From the human T2T-CHM13v2.0 reference genome, Homo sapiens: a stretch of DNA of 64,000 bases. The translations under genes and the position numbers were made by a program. The DNA lies in the NCBI RefSeq assembly GCF_009914755.1, contig NC_060939.1. The stretch is one strand, 5' to 3'. Below are positions 29,830-44,220 of this stretch, one piece after another (position 1 is the stretch's first letter; every line of letters starts with the position of its first letter). The notes beneath the pieces are model-generated. The model worked only from the letters and a program-made list of their open reading frames with translations, had not been told where the DNA came from and searched no databases.

Positions 29830-30640
29830 AATTTTAATTAAAATACAATACACACAATATAAAATGTACCATTTTAGTGATTTTTAAGTATATAATTCAG
29901 TGCATTCACATTGGTGTGCGACCAACACTACTATCCATTTCCAGAACTTTTTCATCATCTCAAACAGAAACTCTGTACCTTTTAAACAATAACATCGATT
30001 ACCCTAACCCCATGCCCAGTAACCTGTTCACATACTGTCTCTATGAATTGACCTATTCTATGGGTCACCACACATAAGTGAAATCATATAAATGAAATAT
30101 TTGTCTTTTTCTGCCTGGTTTAGTTCAATTACTATATTTTTTTCAAGGTTCACCCATGGTGTAGCATGTACAAGAATTTCATACAATTTTAAAACTGAAA
30201 AAATTCCATTATATGGATATACCATATTTTATTTATCCATTCATCTGTTGGCAGACATTTGGGTTGTTTCTACCTTTTGGCTACTATGAATAATCCCACT
30301 ATAAACATTGGCGTAAAAATATCTGTTTGGGTCACTTCTTTTGAATATACCTAGAAGTGGAATTGTGGATCATATGTTAATTTTACGTTTAAATTTTGAG
30401 GAACCACCATACTGCTTTCCACAGTGACTGAATCATTTTAAATTCCCATCAGCAATCCCTAAGTGCCTATTTTTTCTTGATTTTGACAACATTTGTTCTT
30501 CTCATTTTAAAATATATATATATATATATATATATAATAGCCATCCTAATGTGTGTGATGTAGTATCTCATTGTGGTTTAAGGAAATGCAAGTCAAAACC
30601 ACAATGAAGTACTATATCACACACATTAGGATGGCTATTG
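29830..30640 (-). mobile_element. L1MB-like 3' end with a short inverted 5' segment
   Basis: Reverse L1 3'UTR/ORF2 end with (TA)n at 30512-30536. Bases 30580-30640 are L1 sequence in the opposite orientation. Confidence 0.8.
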
Positions 30641-32175
30641 TCTTTTTTCCTATTTCCTTTAGTTCTTTGTCCATGTTTTCCCTTACCTCTTTGAATAAAG
30701 AGATTATTTAAAGTCTTTATCAAGTAAGTCCAATAATTAGATTTCTGCCAATTTATTTTGTTCCTTTGACTAAGCCATGTTTTCCTCTTTCTTTGTATGC
30801 TTTGTGATTTTTTTTCCCCTGAAACTTGGGCATTTCATCATTATAATGCGGTCACTCTGAAAATCAGATTCTTTCCTTTGCCCAGGATTTGCTGCTTTTA
30901 ACTTTATGAGTCCATTTGTTTTGAATCATTTCAAAACTTTTTTTGAAAAGATTATTTCTTGTCAAGTTTAATCAGTGAAGTCTCTGTTGCTTTAGCTCAT
31001 GTTTAGAGAATGTTTTAAATTTATTTATCTATGTATGTATTTGTCAGAGATGCAATCCCACTCTATTGCCTAGGCTGAGTGTAGTGGCATGACCACAGCT
31101 CACTGTAGCTTCAAACACCTGGGCTCAAGTGACCTTCCTGTGTTAGCCTCCCCAGTAGCTGGGACTACAGTCCTGCACCAACATGCCTGGCTAGATTTTT
31201 TCTTTATTATTATTTACTTATTTATTTGGTAGAGATGGGGTCTTGTTACATTGCCCAGGCTGGTCTAAAACTCATGGTCTCAACTGATACTCCCACCTCA
31301 GCCTCCTAAAGCACTAAGATTACACGCATGAGCCACCATGCCTGGAAAATGTTTTAACAAGAATTTCTTTAAGTGCCAAGAGCTGAAACAAACGAAGAAA
31401 AAACACACAAATGAAAAAGAGAACAGCATTCTTTCTCAGTCTTTGCAGACTGCCTATGTGCTAGGGCACACTTTCCTCTAAGCCTAGGGATTGGCCAAAA
31501 GCAAAAATTGGAGGTTCCTTAGGACTTTTCTGAGCATACTTCTTGTCTAGGCATGTGCATGGAGTTTTAAGTACTTCTACATATGTGGCTGCTTTTGCAT
31601 GACCTAATTTCTCTAAGAGTCTCATCCCAGCTTCTCTTTTGAGCCTTAGATGGTGTATTTTATGCTTCCATCCAAAACCTCCCAACCCAGGCATCTTTAG
31701 GTTTGTCTTCACCCTGTAGCCTTAATGAGCACTGCCTGCCCCTTCTCTTACTTGCATTCTGAGTTAGGCAAAGCTGAGATGAACATCTTGCTTCAGTCTT
31801 TCAGGCATCCTCCAGACAGTTTAGAACATATGTACACAATAATTTGCAAATAAGATCTGCTCTGCTCCCTCTGGTAGGAGAGGGAGCACTGGGAACTAGG
31901 CTGCTGCCTGCTCAAAACCAAAACAACCCCTGCCCTAGGATATGGGTGGGGGAAATGGCAAGTGAAAAATGCCACAAAACTTTCCTATTGTTTTTAATAT
32001 AGCTTTTTTCTTGATTGGGCATTTGACTGGTTACTGTGAGCCTTAAACTGATTTCCAGAGCTTCTACAAGGTTGGTTCAGACAGCTTCTAGTTTTTGTTT
32101 TGTTTTATTTTGATGTTTTTGTGAGGGGACAAGAGCTTGGAGCTTTTTAGTCTGCCACTTTGCTGATGTTACCAT
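30641..32175 (-). mobile_element. Old L1M 5'/ORF1-region fragment, containing an AluJ (-) at ~31018-31344
   Basis: Degraded reverse L1M 5'-end motifs with a reverse AluJ inside. Confidence 0.55.
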
Positions 32176-32178
32176 CCA

Positions 32179-32616
32179 AGTGGAGCCTAAAGCAACCCCA
32201 TTTTGGATGGTAATCTGCCATTCTGACTTCTGATTAACCCCTGTTCCAGGAATGCCTCTAAGATTTCTACTTTTTCTACTGTTACCATAAATCTTGACTT
32301 TAGGTCAAAAGAGCCTGGACCATAAATCCTGCCCTTAAGCAGATTCACACAGCATTCTTGCCTCTCCCTGAGAGGTCAACTTCGATTGTCCTATGCATTC
32401 CCTCCCTATGCTATATAAGCCCTGGATCTTGAGGGTAATGGTGTGAGGATCCACCATCTTGTCTCACTGCTGCCTGAGACAAAGACATGGCCCCTGTTCG
32501 TAAGTTCTCATTAAATGTGTCTTTCTAACAAACTGGATTTGTCAGCCTCTTTCTTTAGCCTCTCAGCTTCCTCAGCCTTTGCGGGTAGGCATGTACAGAC
32601 GTGCCCACTGCAGAAC
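32179..32616 (+). mobile_element. ERV1 solo LTR (MER83-like)
   Basis: AAAGCAACCCCATTTTGGATG..GACTTCTGATTAACCCC, TATA box (CTATATAAGCCC), ATTAAA, and end CCCACTGCAGAACA. Confidence 0.7.
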
Positions 32617-33314
32617 AACCCAACATCAGGGTTGATCACGGCAGGAGAGGGAGGGTGTTTCCAAAGCAAGAGAAGGGTCTTTACAGGCAAGATAAGGAGG
32701 GTGTTTACAAAGATAGATAGGAATTTAGTGAATAGAATTATGATATAAAGTCAAAGCCTAGTTCTTTAAAAATATAAATAAAATAGATATTTCTTGATAC
32801 GAACAAACAGTTATAAATGAAAAAGGGAATATAACAGAATGTTCTAAGAAGCTTAAAACATAAGAAAAAGCAATGTACATGTGCATGCTAATGATTAGAA
32901 AGGCCAAACAAAAATGACATCTTCCTGAAAAACATGAATTGTCATGGCTAATGCAAGCAGAAAACCTAGAGACCCATTAAGTATTGCAGAAACTGAAGCC
33001 CTGTGTGTCAGGGTGGAAAATGTTATTCAAGATCTTTTACAAAGTAGCATGCATTTATAAAACATTCCCCCCAAAAATATTTCATATAAATTATACATTT
33101 ATGGGTAAACCTTTAAATACTTAAAGGAATATCAACCCTTTCAGGTATAGAAATTTCCCATATAATATAATCCACTGCAGAACATAAAAAAAGAGAGAAA
33201 TCTACTTGATTCATGTTAGGACAAAACACACAAAAAAAGAAGACATATATAATCTGTTACTATATTTAAAAGACTGTATATGGTATATATCACAGATAAA
33301 TGGGCGAGACAACC

Positions 33315-33751
33315 TTCATTAGTTCATTTTCTGTTGCTTGTAACAGAATACATGAAACTGGGTAATTTATAAGAAATGAAATTTCTTTCTTACAGTGATG
33401 GAGGTTGGTAAGTCCAAGGTAGAGAACGTGCATCTGAAGAAAGTGAGAACCATGTTGCTAGAGGGAACTCTCTGAAGAGTCTCGAGGCAGTCTAGTGTAT
33501 AATACAGCAAGGGGGGCTGAGCAGGCTCATGTGCTAGTTCAGATTTCCCTTCCTCTTCTTATAAAGCCACCAGTTCCTCTCCCATGAATACCCATAATCC
33601 ATTAATCTATAAATGGATTAATCCATTCATGAGGACAGAGCCATCATGATCCAATCACCTCTTAAAGGCCCCACCTCTCCATGCTGCCACACTGGGGATT
33701 CAGTGAGTTTTGGAACTCAAGGAGTTTTGGAGGGGACATTCAAACCATTGC
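33315..33751 (-). mobile_element. MST/MLT1A-type MaLR solo LTR
   Basis: AAACTGGGTAATTTATAAGAAA...CCAATCACCTCTTAAAGGCCCCACCTC...CATTCAAACCATTGCA. Confidence 0.85.
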
Positions 33752-36700
33752 AGGGCTTCCTACTACCACCTCTACATTGGATAGTTTATCTAGGAAATTT
33801 TAATAAATTGGCTCATGTTTCTTAGAAACTTCAGCCAAGCCATGATGTTAAATGACAAAGAGGGAACTTGGAAATAGATTTCTTGGGAGAGTTTACACAC
33901 ATCTTGAAGGAAGATTGGCACCTTCCAAGTGGCATACAAGGAGTAATGGTGCCTACTTTACACCTGAGAAAAGTGTTGTTAAGGTGACAAGATAGAGGAG
34001 ACTGAATAGGAATTGGCCTTTCAGATTACGAAGAATGCAGGCACATTTCCTGTTGCACACACATGAGCTACATGGATGAAATGGAGGTCCTGGATTTATC
34101 ATGGATCCTCTACAATAGAGCTGCCTAGATGAGCAGAGAAATGGAAGATGACCATGAAGGATACATTCTTAGAGCTAACAAAAGCCCCAATACATTCCAT
34201 GGAATAGAAAACCTGCCTACTGGCTCCACCACCAATACCTAACTTCAGTCAAGGAATTTGCTGGAAAGCTCTGAGAAGAGTTAATTTTCAATATTTTCCA
34301 AGTCAGAGTATGAAGCCACCAGGAAACAGTATCAGTTAATGTAAAACTTCTTATCCATTTTTTCTCCACCCTCAAAATTAAATCTTTAAAATTAGGGAAG
34401 TCATATGTAATTTATCATACTGGGTAGGGGTAGGGAAAAGAGAAAGTAGAAGGCAGAGAGGTTGAGAAGCCCCAAGTCCCTGCTCTTTGCCACTGCAGGC
34501 TTCCAGCCTGAAGTACAAATGGGCTGTGGAAAGGGAAAATGTTAATGCTAAATCTGAATTTAGTATTAAACACTGAACTGAGAATACCTGTGTAACATAA
34601 AGATAGAAAACAACTTTTACCAAAACATTGGCAGAAAACCATGAGATCTGTCCAAATTTCACCAAGGTAGAGAAATTTTACACCTCCCTGAACAAAGTTT
34701 AATAGTAGGGTATAACTGCATTATGACTAGATCACAAGTTTTTTTTTTAATCAATAAACTGGTCGAATAAGAATTTTTAAGCAAAAAAACAAAAAAGGTA
34801 AATTAACCAAGAGCAAAGCGAAATTGAAGTTTTTATAAGAGGATTACCCATCAACATAAAATAGGATTTATCCCAGAAACTGAATGGATTGGGTGGGGGA
34901 AGTGATGTCACCAAGTGGTGGAATAGGATGCCAGACTACACCTTCACCCCTCCACCCCACAGAGAAAGATCAAATAGCCACTGTCTACAGACCGGAACAT
35001 CCTTTTGAAAATTTCAATATTGAAACAAGCCTGAGACATCCATTTGGTCTGCAGAACTGATTGAAATCCAAATTAGAAGAGTAAAAAGAAAGGTCTTACT
35101 TTGACTGCACTCCCCTTCCCCAAGTCAGCAGGATGCCAGATGAAAAAGGATTTCTATGGGCACACATATTCTACATGGGGAAAAGAAAATTGGAGGCAGT
35201 CATCCCATTTTCCAAGCATTTGGAAAGGCTTCCCAGGAAGCTCACCCTAGTTTCACCTCACAAAGAACATTAGGGGGAAATAACATGGCTAGATTGCCCA
35301 GGGTTAGATAGAAACAAAGAAAAGAGGCAGAGGTCATAGTCACCAGCAAACAAATCTGGGTGGTACTTCTGTTTCTCCCAGCTGTGGCACCAAACCACAC
35401 CTCATATACTAGCCACAAAGCTGATTTGGTTGCCTTCAGAAACAGAGTGGGAAGTTTAACCTAGCTCGAGTTTCTAGATGGCTAGTCAACATGCTCAGCC
35501 TCAGGGCCTACCCAATGACACTGCCCAGGCAGGGAGACTCCCACCTCTGCACATTTTGGAGAAGTGTGGAAGCTAGACCAGCTTGACCCAGGAAGTCAAG
35601 ATGATTCCACTCAGCCAAAAAGCCTGTGCAATGACCTTGCCCAGGAAGGGAGACTCCCACTTCTATGCACTTTAGAAAAGTGAAGGGGCTAGACTAGCTT
35701 AAACCAGAAAGTCAAGCAGTGTTCCATTTAGCCCAAAGTCCACTCAATGACCCCACCTGGTAAGGAAACTTCTATCTTTGCACATTCCAGAGATGGAAAG
35801 GGGCTAGACCTTTCCATCAGCATCCAGCTCCTCCAGCTTGAGCTGGGAGGTCAAACAGCTACTGAACTCAACAAAAAGGTGATTCCACATCAGGATGGGC
35901 TCCACCCATCCTAAACAGTGACCCCACCTAAACTCAGGGCCTGGCCTGCAGCCCTGCTCAACTACAGATCCCAAATAGCAAAAGTGCCCAGCCAGGGAAT
36001 ACAGTCCATAACCAGCCTGACCAGGAACCATCACAGTAACCAGCCAGCAGCTCTGCCTGATAGCAGAGTCCAGCCAGTAGCCTCACCAGAGAGTAGAGCA
36101 CAGTCAGCAGCTTCATTCAACCTCAAAGCAAAGGCAGAGACCCATCAACCACAGAATTGAAAAGCTCTGCCTGTGCAAGGTTGTCATGAGCTGGCCTTTC
36201 AGAATCACAGGCTAGAAGGCAGAGAGGATGAGATAGTGAAGGTCTATCACTGCCAAACAGAAAAACAAACAAAACAACAACAAAAACAAAAACACCTGTA
36301 AAGGCCAGAAGAAGAGCTATCTCCTCAAATGTGCAGACCACAATGGAAGGACACAAGGATTAAAAAGAATCGAGAAATCATGACACCTCTAAAAGAATTA
36401 ATAAAGCTCCAACAATGAACCCTCAAGAAATGGAGATTATAAAATGACTAGTAAAGTATTAAGAATAATATTCAGAAAGAAGTTCAGTGAACTAAAACAA
36501 TATAGAGAGAAAAAATTTAATACAATATGAAAAATAATACTCAAAGCAAAACACTGACAAAGAAATAGAATGAATAGAAAAGAACCAGATACAAATCTGT
36601 AAGATAAAGACTACAATGATTGAACTAAAAAATTTAATAGAAAATTTCAACAGCAGACTGTACCAAGCAGAAGAAAGAATCAGTAAGCTGGAAGACAAAA

Positions 36701-37673
36701 TATTTGAAATTATCCAGTCAGATAAACAAGAACAACAAAAGATTTAAAAAGAATGAAGAAAGCTTCTGGGTATCATAGAACATCATCAAGAGACTAAACA
36801 GTCACATAATAGGATTTGCAGAAGTAGAAGAGAAAAAAAAGCCAGAAAGCATATTTTAAAAAATAGTGGCTGAAAACGTTCTTAATCTAGTAATAGATAC
36901 AGAAGGAAATACAGAAGTCACCAATCAAATTCAACCCCAAATAAAGTACACTAAGACATATAATAATCAAACTACCAATTATCAAAAACAAAGAAAAAGA
37001 AGAAAAGCATCCAGAGATAAGAAACATATCGCATATAAGAGGTGCCAATACGACTATCAGCAGACTTATCAACAGAAACCCTGCATTCTAAGAAAGAGTG
37101 GTATGATATATTCAAAATGATAAAGGAAGAAAACTATCAACCAAGAATATTTATCCAGTTAAGCTGTCATTTAGAAACGACAAAGAAATAAAAGCTTTCC
37201 CAGACAAACAAATGTAAAAGACATCACTATCCCCTAGCTCTGCCTTACAGGAATTGCTACAGGGAATTCTTTAAACTGAAACAAAAAGCCAAAAAGTAGT
37301 AATATACAACATATGAAGGAATAAAACTCAATGATATAAGTAAAACAGTATCAAATTCAGAATACTCTAGGTTAGTAATGATGATGTGTAAGATGTTATC
37401 TCTAGTATGAGGGTTAAATAACAAAACTATTAACAACAACTATAGCTACCATAAATTGTCAGGGAAAACACATCACGAAATGAGGTAAATTCTGACATCG
37501 AAGCATAAAATGTGTGTGGGGGGGAGTAAAAGTGTACAGTCGTATGTAATCAAAATTGGCTGTTATCAGCTTGAAATGAGATGCTGTAAGTATAAGATGT
37601 TCTACGTAAGGCTCATGGTAAGCACAAAGCAAAAATCTTTAGAAGAAGCTCAAAATAAAAATAGAAAGGATTT

Positions 37674-37957
<284 letters not shown>

Positions 37958-38124
37958 TTGAAAGGATTCAAGGCATACTACTACAGAAAGCCACCACAAA
38001 GGAGGACAACAAAAAAGGAAGAAAGAAACAAAGTATCTACAAAATAACCAGAAAATAACTAACATGATGATGGTAGTAAGATCTTACCTATCAATAATTA
38101 CCTCAAATATAAATGGATTAACTA

Positions 38125-41100
38125 TTCAAAAAAAGAGAAATAACAAAAAGTTACCAAGTGGAGACAAAGTTTTATTTTCAACTGTTTTGTTTGTTCATGC
38201 AATAGTGTTAAGTTGTCATCCTCTTAAAATAATGAGTTATAAGACAGTATTTGCAAGCTTCATAGCAACCTCAAATCAAAAAATGTACAATGATACATAA
38301 AAAATAAAAATCGAGAAACTAAATCATACTACTAGAGCAAATCACCTTCACAAAAAGGAAGACAGGAAAGAAGAAAGAAGGAAGAGAAGACTCCAAAAGA
38401 ACCAGAAAACAACAAAATGGCAAGAGTAAGTCCATATTAATCAATAATAACATTGAAGGTAAAGGGAATAAATGATGTAATCAAAATACATAGAGTGGCT
38501 GAATGGTTGAGAACACAAGACCTAATGATCTATTGCCTGCAAGAAATACACTTTATTATAAAGACACATACAGACTGAAAATGAAGGAATGGAAGAAGAT
38601 ACTCCATGCCAGTGCAAACCAAATAAGAGCAAGAGTACCTGTACATATATCAGACAAATTATATTCCTAGACAAAACATATAAGAAGAGACAAAGAAGGT
38701 CACTATATAATAATAAAGGGGTCAACTTATCAAGAGAAACTAATGATTGCAAACATATATGAATCCAATACTGGAGCATCCAGATGCATAAACAAATATT
38801 ATAAGAGCCAAAGAGAGAGATAGGCGTCTTTACAGAAATCACTAAAGACTTCAACAAGCCATGTTCAGCATTGGACAAATCTCCCCGATAGAAGATCAAC
38901 AAAGAAACATAAGACTTAATCTGCACTATAGAACAAAGATGGATTTAATAAATATTTATAGAACATTTCATTCAATGACTACAGAATACACATTTTTCTT
39001 CTCAGCACATGGATCATTCTTAGGGATAGATCATATGTTAGGGTCACAAACCAAGTTTAAAACGTTGAAAGAAACTGAAATAATACCAAGCATCTTCTGT
39101 GACCACAACAGAATAAAACTACGAATCAATAATAAGAGGAATTTTGGAAACTATATAAGCACACAGAAACTGAACAATAGGTTCCTGAATGACCAGTGGG
39201 TCAATGAAGAAATTAAGACAGAAACTGAAAAATGTCTTGAAACAAATAATAATGGGAACACAACATACCAAAACCTATGGTATATAGCAAAAGCAGTAAG
39301 TACTAAAAGGGAAATTTATAGCTGTAAGTGTCTACATCAAAAAAGAAAAACTTCAACTAAATAACCATTTCCACTGATGTATCTTTACTAGAAAAGCAAG
39401 AGCAAACAAAACCCCAAATTAATAGAAGAAAAGAAATAATAAAGATCAGAGCAGAACTAAATGAATTTGAAATGAAGAAAGCAATACAAAAGTTCAATGA
39501 AACTAAAAGTTTTTTTAAAAGAGAAACAAAATTGACAAACCTTTAGCCAGACTAACTACAAAAAAAGAGAGGGAAGATGAAAATAAATAAAATCAGAGAT
39601 GAAAAAGGAGACATTACAACTGATGTTGCAGAAATTCAAAGGATCATCAGTGGCTACTATAAGCAACTATTTACCAATAAACTGAAAAATCTAAAAGAAA
39701 TTGATAAATTTCTAGACACAACCTACCAAGATTGAACCACGAAGAAATCCAAAACCTAACAGATGAATAACAGGTAACAAGATTGAAGTCACAATAAAAA
39801 GTCTCTCAGTAAAGAAAAGCCTGGGACCCAATGGCTTCACTGCTGAATTCTACCAAATGTTGAAAGAAGAACTAATGTAAATCATACTCAAACTGTTCCA
39901 AAAAATAAAGAAGGAAATACTTCCAAACTCATTCTCTGAAGCCAGTATCACCCTGATACCAAAACCAGAAAAATATATACAAAAACAAAAAATAAAACAA
40001 ACAAAAAATAACTACAGGCCAATATTTCTAATGAATATTGATGCAAAAATATTCAACAAAATACTAGGAAACGAAATTCAAGAATATGTTAAAACAATCA
40101 TTTATCAAGACCAAATGGTATTTATTCCAGAGATGCAAGGATGGTTCAACATATGCAAATTAATCAATGTGACACACTGTGTCAACAGAATGAAGGACAA
40201 AAACTATATCATCATTTCCACTGATGCTAAAAAATCATTGCATAAAATTCAACATCCCTTCATGATAAAAAAGCACTAAAAAAACTAAGATAGAAGGAAC
40301 ATACCTGAACATAAGAAAAGCCTGATATATCAAGCCCTAAGTTAGTATCATACTGAATGGGGAAAAACTGAAAGCCTCACCTCTTAGATCTGGAACATGA
40401 TAAGGAATCTCACTTTCACCACTGGTGTTCAACATAGTACTGTAAGTCCTAGCTACAGAAATCAAACAAGAGAAAAATAAAAGACATCCAAATTAGAAAG
40501 GAAGAAGTCAAATTATCCTTGTTTGCAGATGGTATAATCTTATAATTGGAAAACCTTGAGACTCCATGAAAAAACTATTTGTTTACTGCTAAATTCAGTA
40601 AAGTTGCAGGATACAAAATCAACATACTAAACAAGTAGCACTTCTATATGGCAACAGTGAACAATCTAAAAAAGAAATTTAAAAAATCCCATTAACAATA
40701 GCCACAAATAAAATTAAATACCTATGAATTACCTTAATCAAAGAAATGAAAGATCTCTGCAATGAAAATTATAAAACATTGATAAAATAAATTGAAGAGG
40801 ACACAAAACAATGAAAAGGTATTCCATGTTCATGGATTGGAAGAATCATTATTGTTAAAATGTCCATATTACCCAAAGCAATCTACAGATTCAATGTAAT
40901 CTCTATTGAAATACCAATGACATTCTTCACAGAAATAGAAAAAACAATCCTAAAATTTATATGGAATCATAAGAAGCTCAGAATAGCCCACGCTATCCTA
41001 AGCAAAAGGAACAAAGTTGGAGAAATCATATTACCTGACTTTAAATTATAATATAGAGCTAGAGTAATCAAAACAGAATAGTACTGGCATAAAAACAGAC

Positions 41101-43000
41101 ATACAGACCAACAGAATAGAATACAGAACCCAGAAATAAATCTATACATCTACAGTAAACTCATTTTTGACAAAGCTGCCATGATATACACTGGAAAAGA
41201 GGCAGTCTCTTCAATGTATGGTCCTGGGAAAACTGGATAACCGGATGCAGAAGAACGAAACTTGACCCCTATCTCGCACCTTATATAAAAATCAAATCAA
41301 AATGGATTAAACACTTAAATACAAGACCTGATACTATGAAACTGCTAAAGGACAACACTGGAGAAACTCTCCAGGACATTGGTCTGGGAAAAAGAAAATA
41401 TTGAGTGACACCCCACAAGCCAGGTAAACAAAGCAAAAAGGGACAAATGGGATCACATCAAGTTAAAAAGCTTCTGCACAGCAAAGGAAACAATCAACAA
41501 AGTAACAGAATAAGCCACAAAACAGGAGAAAATATTTGCAAACTACCCATTTGATAAGAGAATAATAGCCAGCATGTATAAGGTGCTCAAACAACTCTAT
41601 AGAACAAAGTGTCATTAATTAAAACATGACTAAGAGTTGAATAGACATTTCTCAAAAGAAGACATTCAAATGGCAAACAGGTATACAAAAGGAATCTCAA
41701 CATCACTGATCATCAGAGAAATGCAAATCAAAACTACAATGAGATACCATCTCACCCCAGTTAAAATAACTTTTATCCAAAAGTCATTCAATAACAACTG
41801 CTGGCAAGGATGTAGAGAAAAGGGAACCTCGAATACTATTGGTGGGGATGTATGTTAGTACAACCACCATGCAGAAAAATTTGGAGGTGCCTCAAAAAAC
41901 TAAAAATAGATCTACTATATGATCCAGGAATCCCACTGCTCGGTATACACCCAACAGGTGAAAAATCAGTATATTGAAGAATTATCTGCATTTCCATGTT
42001 TGTTGAAACCCAGTTCACAACAGCCAAGATTTGGAGGCAACCTAAGTTTTCATCAACAGATGAATGGATAAAGAAAATGTTGTACTTACACACAATGGAG
42101 TACTTGTGTATAAGTCCAAGTCATAAAAATGAATGAGATTCTGTCATTTGCAACAACATGGATAAAACTGGAGGTCATCATGTTAATTGAAATAAGCCAG
42201 GCATAGAAAGACAAACATCACATGTTCTCACTTATTTGTGAGATCTAAGTATCAAAACAATTGAACTCATGGAGATAGAGACTAGAAGGATGGTAAGTGT
42301 AGTGGGGGTACAGGGAGACAGAGAACAGGTGGTGTATTAGTCAGTTCTTGCATTGTTATAAAGAACTACCTGAGACTGGGTAATTTATAAAGAAAAGAGG
42401 TTTAATTGGCACACAGTTCCACAGGCTGTACAGGAAATATTGCTAGGGAGGTCTCAGGAAACATACAACACAGCGGAAGTTGAATACGAAGGAGGCACGT
42501 CTTACATGGTCAGAACATGGGGAAGAGAGAGCAAATGGGAAGGTCCCACACACTTTTAAACAACCAGGTCTCTTGAGAACTCACTATCACGAGAACAGCA
42601 AGGGGGAAATCAGCCCAGCAATCCAATCACCTCCCACCAGGCCCCTCCTCCAACACTGGAGATTACAATTCAACATGAGATGTGGACAGGGGCACAGATC
42701 AAAACCATATTAGGTGGGGATGGTTAATGGGTACAAAAAAATAGAATAAGACTTAATATTTGATAGCACAACAGGGGGACTATAGTCAAGGATAATTGAA
42801 TTGTACATTTAAACATGACTAAAAGAGTATTATTGGATTGTTTGTAACACAAAGAGTAAATGCTTAGGGGAATGCATACCCAATATTCCATGATGTGATT
42901 ATTATGTACTGCATGCCGGGACCAAAATATCTCATGTATCCCATGAATATAGACATCTACTATGTACCCACAAAAATTAAAAATTGAAAAAATTGAAAAA
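38125..43000 (+). mobile_element. Nested L1MA1-3-like element (inter-ORF, degraded ORF2, 3'UTR)
   Basis: ORF2 fragments in the ORF track ([34 protein letters not shown]) and 3' end CTACTATGTACCCACAAAAATTAAAAAT. Confidence 0.85.
42333..42712 (-). mobile_element. MSTA/MSTB MaLR solo LTR in the L1 3'UTR
   Basis: TGTATTAGTC...AAAACCATATTA with the 5-bp TSD GGTGG. Confidence 0.9.
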
Positions 43001-43294
43001 ATATTCTCAACATATTAGGAATAGAAGAAATATACTCCAACACAATAAAGCTATATATGATAAGCCCATAGTTAACATTATACTCAATGGTAAAATGTTG
43101 AAACCTTTTCTCTAAGATATTGAGCAAGAAAGCTATGCCTACTTTTACCACGTTAATTCAACACAATAATAGAAGTCCTTGCTAGAGCAATTAGGCAAAA
43201 GAAAGAAAGAAAAGGCATGCAAATCAGAAAAGAACAAGTAAGAAGAAGTAAATTGTCAACGTAATCATATATATCTGTCATATATATCATACAT

Positions 43295-43421
43295 ATCTGT
43301 CTATCTATCGATAGATATATCTATCGATAGATATATCGATAGATAGATATATCTATCGATAGATATATCGATAGATAGATATATCTATCGATAGATATAT
43401 CGATAGATAGATAGATATATT

Positions 43422-43457
<36 letters not shown>
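43295..43457. repeat. Compound palindromic minisatellite plus (GATA)n
   Basis: Three copies of ATAGATATATCTATCGATAGATATATCGATAG (43311-43406), followed by (GATA)n. Confidence 0.95.
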
Positions 43458-43889
43458 TGGTTAAAGCAAACTAAATATGGCCTGAGAAGGACTCTACACT
43501 TCTATATTTGAGTCCTTCTGGATGAACTGTAACCTAGCTTAATAGTCACACAAAATTGAAAACCTAACTTAATAGTATGCACCTCTAACAATGGCTGAGT
43601 GTTGGCCAATCCCCACGGCCATACTTCAACCACTCAAAGACTACTGAATGTTCAAACTGCATTCAAAAAAGGCAAACGCCGAGCTGTAACCAATCTCGCT
43701 GTTTCTGTACCTAACTTCTGATTCCCGTACCTCACTTTACCTTTTTTGTCTATAAATTTGTTCTGACCATGAGGCACCCCTGGAGTCTCTGTGAATCTAC
43801 TATGATTCTAGGGGCTGCCTGATTCACAAATTGTTCATTGCTCAATTAAACTCTCTTACATTTAATTCGGCTTAAGTTTTACTTTTATC
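43458..43889 (+). mobile_element. MER57-type ERV1 solo LTR
   Basis: TTAAAGCAAACTAAATATGGCCTGAGAAGGACTC...CTCAATTAAACTC...TTTAATTCGGCT. Confidence 0.8.
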
Positions 43890-43949
43890 TATGTATATCT
43901 ACAGACTCCACCAAAGAACTGATATAACTAATTTAAAAGTAAAATCAAT

Positions 43950-44220
43950 GTGGCAAGAGGATTGTTAAAGACCAGAAATTCTAGAGTAACCTGAGCAACA
44001 TAACAAGGCCCATCTCTACAAAAAGTCTTTTTAAGTTAGCCAGGTGTGGTGGCACACACCTTTAGTGACAGCTACTATGGAGCCTGAGGTGGGCAGATCC
44101 TGTGTGCCCAGGAGTTTGAGGTTACAGTGAACTATAATTGCCCCACTGCATTCCAGCCTAGGTGACAAAGGGAGACCCTGTCTAAAAAAAAACTCACCAA
44201 ACAAACAAAACAAAACAAAA
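43950..44220 (+). mobile_element. AluJ, degraded and 5'-truncated
   Basis: Alu arms with a (CAAAA)n tail. Confidence 0.8.
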
